NCBI GenBank assembly: GCA_024137785.1 | Contig: JAHRHZ010000035.1 | Coordinates: forward strand, 13,615,010 to 13,679,009 | DNA length: 64,000 nucleotides | Direction: 5' to 3' | Source of the DNA: Ginglymostoma cirratum | Taxonomy: Eukaryota | Shown: positions 1-12,214 of the stretch, one piece after another | Position numbering within the stretch: the first letter of the stretch is position 1 | How the letters are laid out: each line of letters opens with the position of its first letter | Made by a program: the position numbers and the translations under genes | Notes under the pieces: generated by a model | The model's input: the letters and a program-made list of their open reading frames with translations, nothing else | Told to the model about the DNA's origin: nothing | Database searches by the model: none

Positions 1-454
1 GTATTGCAGGGTTGGAAGAGCCTGGAAATAGGAAAGGGTAACGGCATTGGGAAATTTGAGCTTTGGGATGACAGTTTTAAGCTTGCAGTATTGCTGTACC
101 ATGAATTAATAAAAGTCAGTCGGCACAGTAGTAATAGCCAAGTGCGATTTGTAATGTATACTCAGTTTATTAACAAAATTACATTTGTGGAAGGATTTCA
201 ATTGTTAACATAAAAACATTTAAATGTCTATGAAACAGGGATCTCAACAAGGGGTAATAAAATCAAAAATCAATTTAAAAAGCACAATAAATCAGCAGAA
301 ATATTGACTCTAGGTCTTTTTCACCTGAGATACTTGTTACAGATTTCGCTCTACTCAGAACTGGAGTAAATGCAGAAAACTCATGCCAACTGGTCTTTTA
401 AATGGAAAAGGAACTGGATGAATCAGTTAATTGCCATTTCAACAGATGTAACAT

Positions 455-2225
455 TGGATGTAAATTTGTAATAATAATGGATTACAAACTCCTACTTGAT
501 CTAGTTCAATGCAAAGCCACCCATAGCTTCAGGCCAAATTCAGCAGTGGGTCCTAATACTCAGAGTTTATAATTCCAAGTTGGAGCACCATCCAGGAGAC
601 CAAGGAGCAAATGCGGATGCATTGAGCCACCTCTCGCTGGCAAATACACCACTGCTCGTATCACCACTGGATGGTTTTAAATTTTCTGGTCATAGCTGAC
701 AATATCAGATGCGCATGCAAAATGATCCGGGCTTGGCTATACTAAAACAGCTGGTGGCGATGGAGGAAACCAAAGGGCTGTTATAATCAGAACTGAAGAC
801 TTTTTGGACATGGGGAGACCAGATCACCACAGAGAATGGCATATTATTAAGGGGAGCAAGAGTTATTGTCCCAAGCAAAGGTCATCACCAGATACTGGCT
901 GAGCTCCACCAGGGTCATCTGGGGGCATCCAAAATGAAGTTGTTGGTGAGACCTTATGTCTGGTGGCCAGACTGGCTGCAAACATAGTCATGTTGGTGGG
1001 GCAGTGTCCAGAGTGCCAACAAGTACAGCCGGCAGCTCCCCCACATTCGTGGGAATGGTGGGGTAAACCCTAGACTCGGTTACGTGTCGATAATGCAGGT
1101 TCTTTCATAAGAATGTTCTTAGTCATTGCAAAGCCCACTCAAAGTGGCTGGGTGTGGATTGGGTTCATTCGTCAAACATGGGGATGACAATAGAAAAGCT
1201 GCGCGCATCTTTTGCAATACACGAGTCCGGAAGTGTTGGTCACAGATAACAGGCCATTATTTACCAGCAGGGCATTTGAGTACTTCCAAAAGTTGAATGG
1301 TATTCGTCATATAAGGAAAGTTCCATACCATCCATCATCCAATGGTCTGGTAGAAAGAACAGTCGACACTTTGACGGCAGGCTTAAAGAAACAGCCGACA
1401 GCTTCAGCAGATACTAAACTGTCCAGTTCCTATTTGATGATAGGACCAGGCCTCATGCACAGACAGGGATAGCTCCAGCAGAGTTGCTTATGGGGAGAAG
1501 ACTCCACACCAGGTTAAATCTGATCTTCCTGGACCTGGGCGGGGTAGGAACCACAGTAATGACCCTGCATGGGTAAGAGGCATCATTGATGTGAGGTTAG
1601 GTCCAGTGACGTATAAAGTTCGGGTCGGTGTAACCATCCTGAACAAGCATGTAGAGCATTTGAATGCTGCAAACTCGCAAACAGTGTGGGAGAAAAATAT
1701 GTCTAGTTCCTTGACAGCCTTTACAACTGTTCTGGAACCAGTGGGTTCTCCCCGTCCATTAAGAGTTGTAGATACTCGGAATCTGAAATGAACACAGCGG
1801 ATGTCTCTGCCTTGACACCTTTGTTGCCTGAAGAAGAGAATAAATTTCTTCCGAGATGCTTCAAGCACAAGAGGCCAGTTTCACGCTGCCCATATCAGAG
1901 GCAGAATTGAAGGAACCTGATCCAGTACTAAAACGCCCCCAGAGGAGTGACAAAATGAAGAACCAGCCGACAGGTATTTCTCCAAAAACGTGATAGTTGC
2001 ACTCGTGTGTGACCTCGCACTTAGAAAATTGCACCATAGAAAATTACCATAGAAATTTTGTCATAGGGAAATGGGTATAGAAAATCGCTATATCTGAACA
2101 ACAGAAAGTTCCTGTTATCCAAACAGCGTCCACTATTCATCAATCGCGTTACAGCTAATTTGCATTAATGAAACACACGTTATAGCAGAACTACCTCTAT
2201 GTCCTTAGACTCAGAAGGGGAGTGA
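455..2225 (+). mobile_element. Degenerate Ty3/Gypsy internal region (RNase H C-terminus, integrase, 3' tail, PPT)
   Basis: Frameshifted pol motifs: ..DYKLLL, QQWVLIL..YN..LEHHPG..ANADALS, ELHQGHLG, YVWWP. The 1212-1472 ORF reads PEVLVTDN..FTS..F...NGIRHIRKVPYHPSSNGLVERTV (integrase core). A purine tract AGAAGGGGAG lies just before the LTR. Confidence 0.9.
1971..2197. mobile_element. Tigger/pogo-like (Tc1-mariner superfamily) MITE nested in the Gypsy 3' region
   Basis: Degenerate 22-bp TIRs CAGGTATTTCTCCAAAAACGTG ... CACGTTATAGCAGAACTACCTC; TA follows the right end (2198-2199); about 227 bp, non-coding. Confidence 0.65.
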
Positions 2226-2462
2226 TGTAGTGATTGTAATGAGGTCAGCCAGGTGGATGTCATAGAATATGAGTTCCCTGATTTGGGGCTGTTATTGTGG
2301 CCCAATCAGGGAGCCCTGGCTGACAGATATAAACAGGAGTGTCAGACATCCTGTTCACCCTGAGGCCTGGCTCTGAGGGAACTGGATCAGTGTCAAGGAC
2401 TCTCCATGTGTAAATTATGGATGACTTGATGGCAGGATTCTGGGATCCTTGGAGTTATTTCA
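2226..2462 (+). mobile_element. 3' LTR of the Gypsy element (~237 bp)
   Basis: TG...CA termini (TGTAGTG...TTATTTCA) directly after the PPT; TATA-like GATATAAA; three further copies at 20619, 23638 and 61865. Confidence 0.9.
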
Positions 2463-2519
2463 AATGTAAAAGATTGTAACATTTTGTTTAGAAACATGAA
2501 AGGAAAGAGAAAGGAAGAG

Positions 2520-3675
2520 TGGATATCAGGCTATTGGAAAATGAGGCTGGACAAGTACTAATGAGGAACAAAGAAATGATGGAGGAACTGAGTAGGTACT
2601 TTGGGTCAGTTTTCACGGTGGAAGACATCAGTAGCATACTAGAAGTTCAAGAGAGTCAGGGGGCGAGGTGATGGTATTGACCATTACTATGGAGAAGGTG
2701 TTGGGGAAGCTGAAAGGTCTGAATTTGGATAAATCCCCAGATCAAATGGACTACTTCCCAGAGTTCTGAAGAAGATAGCAGAGCAGATTATGACGGTATT
2801 AGCGGTGATCTTTCAGAAATCACTGTAGTCAGGGAGGGTCCCAGAGTGCTGGAAAGTGACTAATGTAATGCCCCTGTTTAAGAAGAGAGGGAGGCAAAAG
2901 ATAGGAAACTATAGGCTGCCTACATGACCTTCATTTTGGTAAGATGTTACAGTTCATTAGTAAGGATGAGATTGTGTAGTACTTGAAAATACTTGGTAAA
3001 ATAGGGCTAGGTCAGAACAGCTTTGTCAAGGGGAGGTCATGCCTAACAAATCTGTTAGAATTCTTTGCAGAGATAACAAGCAAGTTAGACAAAGGAAAGT
3101 CAATGGACATGATTTATTTAGATTCCCAGAAGGCTTTGTCAAGGTGCTGTACAGGAGGTTGCTAAGTAAGACAAGAGCCCGTAGTATTCAGGGCAAGATA
3201 CTGGCATGAATAGAGGATTGGCTGACTGGCAGAAAGCAGAGAGTGGAGACACAAAAGGGTCTTTTTCAGGATGGCAGCTGGTGATGAGTAAAGTTCCACA
3301 GGGATTCACGTTAGGATCACGACTATTCATGTTATATATTCACGATCTGGATGAAGTAACTGAAGCTATTGTGCCAAATTTGCAGATGACAAAAAGATAG
3401 GTGGAGGGACAGGTAGAATTGAGGAGGGGGGAGGCTGCAGAGGGGGGTGGACAGGCTAGGAAAGTGGGCAAAGTAGTAGCAGATGGAACACAATGTGGAA
3501 AACTATGAGGTTATGCACTTTGGTCGGAAGAATAGAGGCATGGGCTACTTCAAAATGGGCAAAGGCTTTGTAAATCTGAAGCATGAAGAGACTTAGGTGA
3601 TCTAGTTCAGGATTCTCTGAAGGCTAATAAACGGGGTTCAAGTTGGCAGTTGGGAAGGCAAATGCAATGTTTACA
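2520..3675 (+). mobile_element. Old CR1 LINE ORF2 (RT) remnant, 5' part; interrupted by a PLE
   Basis: Motifs FVKGRSCLTNLLEFF, MDMIYLDSQKA, VPQG..LG..LFMLYIHDL, FADD in shifted frames. Confidence 0.9.
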
Positions 3676-4852
3676 GAGAAAGCAAGAACTGCAGATGCTG
3701 GGGTCAGAGATAACACAGTGTGGAGCTGGATGAACACAGCAGGCCAGGCAGCGTCAGAGGAGCAGGAAAGCTGACGTTTTGAGTTGGGACCCTTCTTCAG
3801 AAATGGGTAGGGGGAAGGGAGCCCAAAAATAAATAGAGAGAGAAGGAGTAGGGCTGGGGAAGGTAGGTGGAATGGTGACAGGTGAGTGCTGGTAAGGAGT
3901 GGTGGGGATTGGTCAGTGAAGTGGGAGGAGCAGATAGGTGGGAGAGAAGATGGACAGGTTGTGTCAGGTCAAGGAGACGGGGATGAGAGGGAAGGTTGGG
4001 CATGGGATAAGGCCAGGGGTGGGGAAGTTTTAAAACTGGTGAATTCCATGTTTAGGCCATTGGGATGTAGGCTTCTGAGGTGGAATATGATGTGTTGCTC
4101 TTCCAGTTCGTGGGTGGTGTCATTGTGACACAGGAGGAGGCCCAGGATGGACGCATCACCCAGGGACTGGGAGAGGGAGTTAAAATGGTTTGCAACTGGA
4201 AGGTGTTGTTGTTTGTCGCTTACAGAGCTCAGATGGTGTACAAAGTGATCTCCGAGCCTCTGCTTGGTCTCACTGATGTAGAGGAGGCCACATCGGGAGC
4301 AGCAGATGCAGTAGACCAAGCTGACGGATGTGCAGGTGAACCCCTGTCTAATGTGGAAGGTTTGTTTTGTGCATTGAATGGAGGTGAGGGGGGAGGTGTA
4401 GGGGCGGGTGTAGCATTTACTGCGGTTGCAGGGAAAGGTGCTGGGGGTCGTGGGGCTAGAGGGGAGTGTGGAGTGGACAAGGCAGTCATGGACAGAGTGG
4501 TCCCTATGAAAGGCAGATGGGTTGGGAGGGAAACATTTCTTTGGCTGTGGGGTCAGATTGGAGGTGGCGGAAGCAGCAGAGTTGGATATATATGGTGGAT
4601 GTGGAGGTTGGTGGGGTGATAGTTGATGACAAGGGGGATTCTGTCTTTTTTTTTGTTTGGGAGGAGGGGATGTGAGGGCAGAGGTGTGGGAAATGCAAGA
4701 GATGCGGTTTAGGGCATTTTCGATCACCGGAAGGTGGAAGTTATGGCCCTTGAAATAGGAGGACATGTGGAATGTCCATCTTGGGAGCAGATGCAGCAGA
4801 GGCAGAGGAATTGAGAGTAGGGGATCACATTCTTTCAGGAAAATGGGTGAGA
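3676..4852 (-). mobile_element. 5'-truncated Penelope-like element, family 1 (GIY-YIG endonuclease region and 3' end)
   Basis: ORF 3969-4766 reads SLVYCICCSRCGLLYISETKQRLGDHF..H (GIY-YIG with the PLE Zn linker). A 6-bp direct repeat TTTACA flanks it at 3670-3675 and 4853-4858. Confidence 0.88.
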
Positions 4853-4893
4853 TTTACATTCAATTTGAGAAGGCTAGAATACAAGAGCAGAGA

Positions 4894-5506
4894 TTAGCTT
4901 TCATTAATAGAGGGATTGAGTTCAAGAGCCGTGAAGTTATTGCTCCAGCTATACAAAAGCCTGGTTTGGCCACATCTGGAGTATTGTGTCCACTTCTGGT
5001 CACCTCATTACGGGAAAGATGTGGAAGTGTTGGAAAAGGTACAGAGGAGATTTACCAGGATGTTGCCTGGAATGGAGGGAAGGTCTTACGAGGAAAGGTT
5101 GAGACAGCGAGGGCTTTTCTCTTTAGAACTACAAAGGATGAGAGGTGACTTGATAGAGGTGTACAAAATGATCAGAGGTATAGATAGAGTAGACAGCCAG
5201 AGACTTTTTCCTCGGGTGGAGGTAACTTTAACGAGGGGACATAGTTTTAAAGTGAAAGGAGGTAGATATAGGGGAGACATCAGAGGTAGGTTCTTTAATC
5301 AGAGAGTGGTAGGGGCGTGGAATGCTTTACTGGAGAGGGTAGTGGAGTCGGCCTCAATAGGGGCATTTAAGCGGCTATTAGATAGGCATATGGATGATAG
5401 TATAAAGTAACGGTGGAGGTGAGATAGACCTTAGGTTTTGGGTAAAAGTTCGGCGCAACATCGTGGGCCGAAGGGCCTGCACTGTGCTGTACTGTTCTAT
5501 ATTCTA
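4894..5506 (+). mobile_element. Young 5'-truncated CR1 LINE (ORF2 C-terminus and 3' tail)
   Basis: Nearly uninterrupted ORF 4916-5410: LYKSLVWPHLEYCVHFWSP..LEKVQRRFTRM..LRGDLIEVYK..FFNQRVV..WN. CR1 tail GGGCCGAAGGGCCTG..TGTTCTATATTCTA. Confidence 0.92.
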
Positions 5507-6072
5507 CATATGGTGGAGGCTGTATAACGGTCTCGTCAGATCACATATGGAATAATATGAGCAGTTTTTGGTCTTGTAGCTAAGGAAGGATTGCTGTGTC
5601 AGAGGGGTCCAGAGGAGGTTGACAAGGATCATCCCGGGAATGAAAGATGTGGCACATGAGGAACAGTAAAGGACTCTGAGTCTGCACTTCTTGGAGTTTG
5701 GAAAGACAGAGGAGTGTGAATCTTACTGAAATTTACAGAATACTGAAAAGCCTGGATAGACTGCACATGAGAAGATGTTTCCACAAGTAGGACAGACTAA
5801 TATCTGAGGGCACAGTATCAAAGTGAAGGGATGACCCTTTAGAATGGAGATGAAGAGGAATCTGTGGATCTTACAGAGAGTTGGGAATGCCAAGTCATTG
5901 AATGTATTTAAGACAGAGATAGGTAGATTCTTGGTTAGTAAGGAAATCAAAGGTTATGGGGAGAAGCAAGGGAATGGGGTTTAGAGATACGTCAGGTGTG
6001 ATATGATGGCAGAGCAGACTTGATAGGTTGAATGACTTAATTCTGCTTTATATCTTGTGGTCTGATGGTCTA
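5507..6072 (+). mobile_element. Old CR1 LINE, 3' continuation of 2520-3675
   Basis: Resumes ORF2 at LY..LVR.H.E; ends in a ..TCTTGTGGTCTGATGGTCTA tail. Confidence 0.8.
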
Positions 6073-6094
6073 AGATGGTTGTAGTCGCTGGATA

Positions 6095-6610
6095 TTAATC
6101 ATCCCAGTATAATTTCCTGGGCTAAACCATCTTCAGCTGCTTCACAATGAACTTCTCCATCGTAACTTCAAAAATGGGGATATTTGCTGATGACTGCTCA
6201 ATGTTCAGCACCAATCTCAACTACCGAGATGGTGAAACCATCCATGTTTATATGCATAAATAACTGCAATATTCAAAGTTTGTCTGATAAATAATAATTA
6301 ACATTCATGCCAGGCAGTGACAACTCCAATAAGTACAATGTAACCAGATTCCTTTAATATTCAAGGGCATTGCCATCGCTGAATCCTCCAACATCAACAT
6401 CTTGGGGTCATCATTGACCAGAAACAGAACTGGACTAGCCATATAAATACCGTGGCTACAAGAGCAGGTTAGAGGATAGGCTTTCTGCTGTTTCCCCAGT
6501 GCCAGTCCAACATTACAAGGCACAAATCAGGAGCATGATGGAATTACCTTCCACTTAGCTGGATTTGTGCAGCTCAGACGTCATTTGAAAACACTATTCA
6601 GGACAAAGAG
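6095..6610 (+). mobile_element. Fragment of a second CR1-group LINE family (RT core)
   Basis: ..LG.TIFSCF.ND..GIFADDC; probably the same family as the 3' end at 60535-60980. Confidence 0.65.
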
Positions 6611-6904
6611 CAAGGATGCACTGTTGAGCTGATACTGAATGTGATGATTGTTATCATGGTCGGATGAGCTCTTCACAGAAGAATCTAGCCACAAAAGCAG
6701 TTGGCTAGGTTGCCCATTTTCTTTCATTTCTTCCTCTTCCTCTTCATGCCTCCTGCCTCTCAGCTACTTGTTGTACAATCAACACCAAGTTCTGTCATTT
6801 TACAACACAGAGGCAGGGGTGCTGTGTGGTTTGCACTGCCGCCTTACAGCGTGAGAGACCTGGGTTCAATTCCACCCTTCAGTGACTGTGCGGCATTTGC
6901 ACAT

Positions 6905-7849
6905 TTAGATTTATTTATATTTGTCACATGTACTAAATGTAGGAATACATAAGTACAGCGAAAAGTGCACCAAGTTGCCATTCACTGGCGCCAACTTGGT
7001 TACCAAAATCAGAATTAAAATATTTAACAGAGCCAAAAGGTAAGTAAAAAAAGTCCCAGATCTCAGAGTCCCAAATCCCATCTCCACCATACTGCAGGAA
7101 CCTAGGCCCAGCCCCAGACTGAAGTCTAGGCCAGCCTGTGAGTCCCGCCCAAGAGGAGCTGGTCTTACGCCACTGCCTCAGATCACCGCCACTGCTCCAA
7201 TTGCTAGGATACCCAGGAGTCTACCGCTGCCATCGTGCGAAACGTCCACTATTGCCACTGTTGCCACCTCACCGACCCACTCTCACCACCAACTGCTGTC
7301 CCCTCACTGGCCCACTCTCACCGGCCTGCTCCTGCCACCTCACCGGCCCACTCTCACCGCCGACTGCTGCCCCCTCACTGGCCCATTCTCACCACCGACT
7401 GCCGCCCCCTCACCAGCCCATTCTCACCGCCGACTGCCGCCCTCTCACTGGCCCATTCTCACCGGCGGCTGCTGCCCCCTCACCGGCCAATTCTCACCGT
7501 CGACTGCTGTCCCCTCATCGGCCCTTTCTTGCTGGCCTGCTCCTGCCAATGAACTGGCCCAATCTCGATCTGCTGCCATCACTCCAGCACATGCTTGATC
7601 CGCTGTCGCTTCAGGACTTGGTCCGCGGATCAGCTCCCGCCACACGGTTCCCAGTCATGACCCGATTACTTTCCGACTCCTCAAGCAGTTAAAAGGGCTG
7701 GGGGATGGGGGATGGTGAGGTTGGGAATAAAATTACTGAAGAGAGGAGAGGGAAGAAGGAGCAAAAAGAAAGAAAAGGAAAGGATACTGGCAAGCAGAGT
7801 GGAGCTCCGAATGGAGCGACGTACCCTGCCACTATTTTGACCTGTGTCC
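6905..7849 (-). mobile_element. Non-autonomous retroposon-like insertion containing a VNTR
   Basis: Interrupts a contiguous HE1 sequence. Minus-strand 3' end GTACATGTGACAAATATAAATAAATCTAAA; 9-bp stem-loop at 6969-7000; no credible ORF. Confidence 0.6.
7267..7523. repeat. 35-bp GC-rich minisatellite, ~7 copies
   Basis: Unit approximately CCTCACCGGCCCACTCTCACCGCCGACTGCTGCCC, head-to-tail with no spacers. Confidence 0.92.
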
Positions 7850-9974
7850 CTCTCCCTGTGTCTTGCGTGGGTTTCCTTCGAGTGCTCCAGTTTCCTCTAC
7901 AGGTCAAAGATATGCAGGTGGATTGGCCATATTCGATTGTCCTCAGAGTCCAACCTAAGTGTAGACTAGGTGGATTAAGCTTGGAAAATTCAGGGTTGTA
8001 AGGGATGGGTTTAGGGGGGAATACTTTTAGGAGGGTTGGTGTGGACTCAATGGGCCAAATGTAGAGATTGAAAACTACATAGTGTAGACCACTATAAATC
8101 TTCATATTGCTATGCAGTGCATAGCTGGGCTTCTTGACATCATTCAAAGTAACAGACCTGTTGATTCAGCATGCCAATGGTCTGCTTTGTCACAAACCAT
8201 CAGGCAGCATATGCCTTCTTCCCTTATGGCTATTGGTTGTGCACCACAGTAATCAGCTCTGTCGTCAATGAGTGGACAAGTCGTTTTCACCCAATAGCTG
8301 CACTTTATTTTGCAAATGATACAATAAATCTTTTGCAGAAAAAAGGCCTTATGCTTGCTTCCAGGTTACCAGACAAGAATCTGTCTGATTCTCTTCCTAT
8401 AGTCAGACACCTTTGTGGGAGTGAAATTGTTCAGCTCCAGTACAGGGCATAATTAGCATACGGCATTTATAACCGATTCCTGTGCAGTTAATGCCATTCT
8501 GCGCAATAGAGAAATCTGTAATCTTACTGCAGCAAAGTGAAATGCAGTTAGCTGTCAATTAATGGAAAGCCTCGGTAACCTCCCACAAACAACAGTGGAT
8601 GGTAAAATTTGAGATATTGCAAATATGTCCAGCTCAAGTCTAGAAACAACTAGTTGCATAAAAACTCATTGCTGTGGCCATTATCACTATGTCATCCATG
8701 CAATGACTCTCAGTTTGTGGTTTCTAACTGCTACAATGCAGATGACCGAAAAAAAACTTTCCTCATTGAGGTTCAGGTAACAGTATTGGTGCCTGATTAC
8801 CATGACAGATGTGGATTCTTACGGAAACCTTTTCTCACCCCACTTTCTCCTTTCTGTTCCAGCTGCTTCTCCAGATCTGCATAGCCTCTACTGACTCTTC
8901 AGGTAATCGTATATTTCAATGTACTCATGTCTGAGTGAGTGCTGAAATTTTGAAGTCAGTAGAAGGTCCTTCAACCCTTGCCCTATTGCTCCCTTGCAAC
9001 TTGAAACAACTGCTGAAGGCAATAGATTTTGATTCAATTGGAGCAACAGGCAACAGAAAACCATAAGCAAACTAATCTGTAAGCAGTTGATGATCTCTTT
9101 AAATCACAAAGCAGGAGTCCTGCCTACTGTTTACACAAATTCCTCTGTACAAGGTTAAAAAAATTCTGCAGCATTGATCACTAAAATGCTTGCATCAATA
9201 AATCAGCACTTGACTTGATCTCTTTCCTCTGCATAATGCTGGCTGCTATTTACTGTATGCATACTAATGCCCACTTCAATATGATATCAGATATGATTTA
9301 TCCCAAAGATGAGCATACACACAAAGATTGCCACTTATTTGGAGGTTTACAGGTAGCCATGGGACTCAAAAATCAGGCAGAAAGAATCGTTAATTACCCC
9401 CATAGTTCAGGAGCTTTCAATGTCACGCCAGATTGTAAACGCTTCATGTATGAGTCTCAACAGAGACTGTCTACAGAACATTCACCCCTAGGAGGCATCA
9501 TGTCTCAATTCATTGAGGTTAAGAGCAAAAGCAATCTTAATTAAAGTTGCCACTGGAAGGAACAAAACCACAAGAAACCCATAATCTCAGATGGTTCAAT
9601 GGGAATAAAAGCCAATCACAATCAATGAGTTACTTACCAGAGGCCAGCACAAATATTAAAAAGATTAGTGTTGTCATGCTGACATTGTGTTTTTGTTTTC
9701 CCACTGATGTTCTATCACAAAGCATTTAATGACAATTTAAATAGTGGCAAAGCTACTTTTTCTTGTCATGATGGATTACTGTTTCTAAGTGGATTCTTAA
9801 TGTAACTAAGTGGATTATTCATTTGGCCAGTTAGATTATTACATCATAGAAGACAGACAAAACAATTATTGACAATGAGGAGGACAAAACATGATTGACA
9901 GATCCTTTAACCAATCAGGATGGCTGACCCTCATCTAAACCTATCTATCTTTATGAAGTCAATCATCACCAATG

Positions 9975-10330
9975 TTGTCAATACATTGACGTAGAAAAGA
10001 TGTTTCCTCATGTGGGGCAATATAAATTTGAGAGATCATAGTTTTAGGATAAGGAAGCAGCAGATTTAAAACGGAGATGAGGAGAAATTACTTCTCTCAA
10101 AGTGTCATGAATCTGTGAAATTCACTACCCCAGAGTGAAGTGGATGCTGGAACACTAAGCAAAATTGATGAGGTAGACAGATTTTTAATTCGTACTAGGT
10201 TGAAGGTTGTGGAGAACAGATAGGACAGTGGAGTGAATCTAAACGTGAGATCAGCCATGATCATATCAAATGGTAGAGTAGACTTGAGGGACTGAATTGA
10301 TCGCTCCTGTTCTTGGTTCTTATGTTCTTA
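9975..10330 (+). mobile_element. CR1 3' fragment
   Basis: ..GATGTTTCCTC..TTTAAAACGGAGATGAGGAGAAATTACTTCTCTCA..; tail TCTTATGTTCTTA. Confidence 0.8.
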
Positions 10331-10835
10331 AATACAGTTGTAAGAGTGGTAAGAATGTAGACCTCACAAACATATGGGCCAGAATTATAGAATGGCAAGT
10401 TTCCCTCCCTTTTGTTAAAATGATGCTATGAAAGTTACCCCATGCCGTCAATCTGCCTGAAGCTTGTTAACCGTCTTAGCAGTGTTAATAGCCTGTAGGT
10501 GAATCGCGGTGTTTTGAACAATCAGATTGCCAGGGAGCTCCTTGGGGCCTAGCAGTGTCACTGGGAGAGGTGGCCATCAATGGGACTACATCCAGTGCCA
10601 AGCAGGAGCTGGATGGCAAATAAGTTGAAATTGTTTTTGGGGGCACCAGGAGGGGAGGTCCTGGGTGCTATGGAGACCAAAGGCGTGGGCACCAGGGTTT
10701 CCAAGATCGGGTTGGGTGTGGTGAGGAAGCACCAGAGGTGGTAGTGGTTATGTTGGGGGGTGAACAACACTTTAGATACGCGTTTGGAACCATGAACAGT
10801 ATCAACAGGCTTGGGAGCCTAAAGGAGGTTAGACA

Positions 10836-11526
10836 AAGCACTGTGGAAATCTGAAACAAAGACAGAAATTTCTGAAGAAACTCAACAGTTCTGGCAGTAT
10901 CTATGGAGACAGAAAGCACAGTTACTGTTTCAGATCCAGTGACCCTTCTTTAGAACTGATTGTAGCAGGGAAAAGGTATATGTGCTGAAGAAATGGGTGG
11001 GGGAAAAAGTATGCAATTGGTGGAGATTGTGCCTACAGAGAGAGAACAGCAGTTGGGCAGACAAAGGAATGGATAATGGTAGGCCAGGAGAAAGTAAAGC
11101 TGCTAATGGAGACCATGAGTGGGTGAGAATCAGTTGTCTGTGATGAAAGCAGCCCATGTGATGACAAGGCTTGTTGGGTAAGAACATGGGAGAAGGTACA
11201 CAAGCTCTGCAATTATTGAACTTGATATTAAGTTCAGAAGGCTGCAGTGTCCATAAGCAGAACATGAGATGTCGTTCTTCCAGCTTGCGCTGAGCTTCGC
11301 TGGAGCAACACAGCAAGCCCAAGACAGAGATGTTACCCAGGATACATGATGGTGTGCAGAAGTGGCAGGCAACTCGAAGCTCCACCTTCTTCCATGTCTT
11401 TCCCCAACCCCCACACACCTGGCTTCATCTTTCACCACAGCGACCCACTTTCACTGCCTAATGGTCCTCATTAGCAGCTTTCCTTTTTCCCCAGCCATTC
11501 CTTTGTCTACCCAACTGCTGTTGTCT
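10836..11526 (-). mobile_element. Penelope-like element family 2, 3' part with inverted terminal duplication
   Basis: ORF 10930-11418 reads ISVLGLLCCSSEAQRKLEERHLMFCL.TLQPSELNIKF (GIY-YIG C-terminus). About 11385-11526 is an inverted copy of about 11040-11200. Confidence 0.8.
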
Positions 11527-11699
11527 GTTCAATAAGTTACGTATTCTTTAAGACAAAATACTCTTCTAATTAGGCTACCGATTTGTTTTCCTCTACCACA
11601 TTAAACTAAGCAGGCCCTATATATTCTCACCAGGAAAGTGGTTGACAGTAGAAAATCTACCTGATAGCTCATATAACACTACAATCAGCATTGATGATT

Positions 11700-12161
11700 C
11701 ATCTCACAACAATCCGAGTCAGGAGGTTGCACTTTCAAGCTTATCTATAGTAACGACTGCAATACATGGTTGATGGTCCAGTACTGAGACAGTGCTGCAT
11801 CATTGCAGTGATATCTTTTGATTGAGGTACTTATTTGATTTTTCACCTGCCCTCTGACATTGACACAATAACACAATAAGTATAAATGCCAACATGAAGA
11901 AAAACAGAAGTGATGGTTGTGAAGGTGGGTTTCCTGGGGTCATGAACAATACTTGTCTCCCCCCAAAACAATACGACTGAAACAAATTATGTGATAACTT
12001 ATCTCGACTGGCTTTGGGACCTTGCTGCGTATTAATTGGCTGCTGTTCCTCTACATTACAACAGATACTGCATCTCAAAAATATTTAATTGTCCGTATAT
12101 GTCATTTTGTGATGTGCTGTGGTTGTAAAAGATGTTATATCAATGCAAATCATTTCTTTCC
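11700..12161 (+). mobile_element. Deu-domain SINE (SacSINE1/AmnSINE-like) with L2-type tail
   Basis: CCAGTACTGAGACAGTGCTGCA..TGGGACCTTGCTG..AATTGGCTGCTG..TACATTACAACAG..; tail ATATCAATGCAAATCATTTCTTTC. Confidence 0.65.
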
Positions 12162-12214
12162 ATGTTCTTTTTATACAAACATCTTTTGTTTTGAAATTCA
12201 TCCATACATACAGC

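Larger units (their letters stand above)
6811..8075 (+). mobile_element. HE1-type tRNA-derived V-SINE split by an insertion (6811-6905 and 7850-8075)
   Basis: tRNA-like head with B box GGTTCAATTCC; body GCGTGGGTTTCC..GTGCTCCAGTTTCCTC..CAAAGATATGCAGG; matches copies at 35702, 51421 and 55914. Confidence 0.85.

Noticed and set aside
4080-4675. Plus-strand ORFs over the PLEs (also 26810-28905)
   Set aside because: Antisense shadows of the C-rich PLE coding strand.
4916-5410. 164-aa ORF as a host gene
   Set aside because: It is the C-terminus of CR1 ORF2 in a 5'-truncated copy.
7267-7523. CRISPR-like array of ~35-bp units
   Set aside because: Units are head-to-tail with no unique spacers, there are no cas genes, and the context is vertebrate; it is a minisatellite.
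7138-7692. 184-aa Pro/Leu-rich ORF
   Set aside because: Open only because it crosses the stop-poor GC-rich VNTR; several frames are open.
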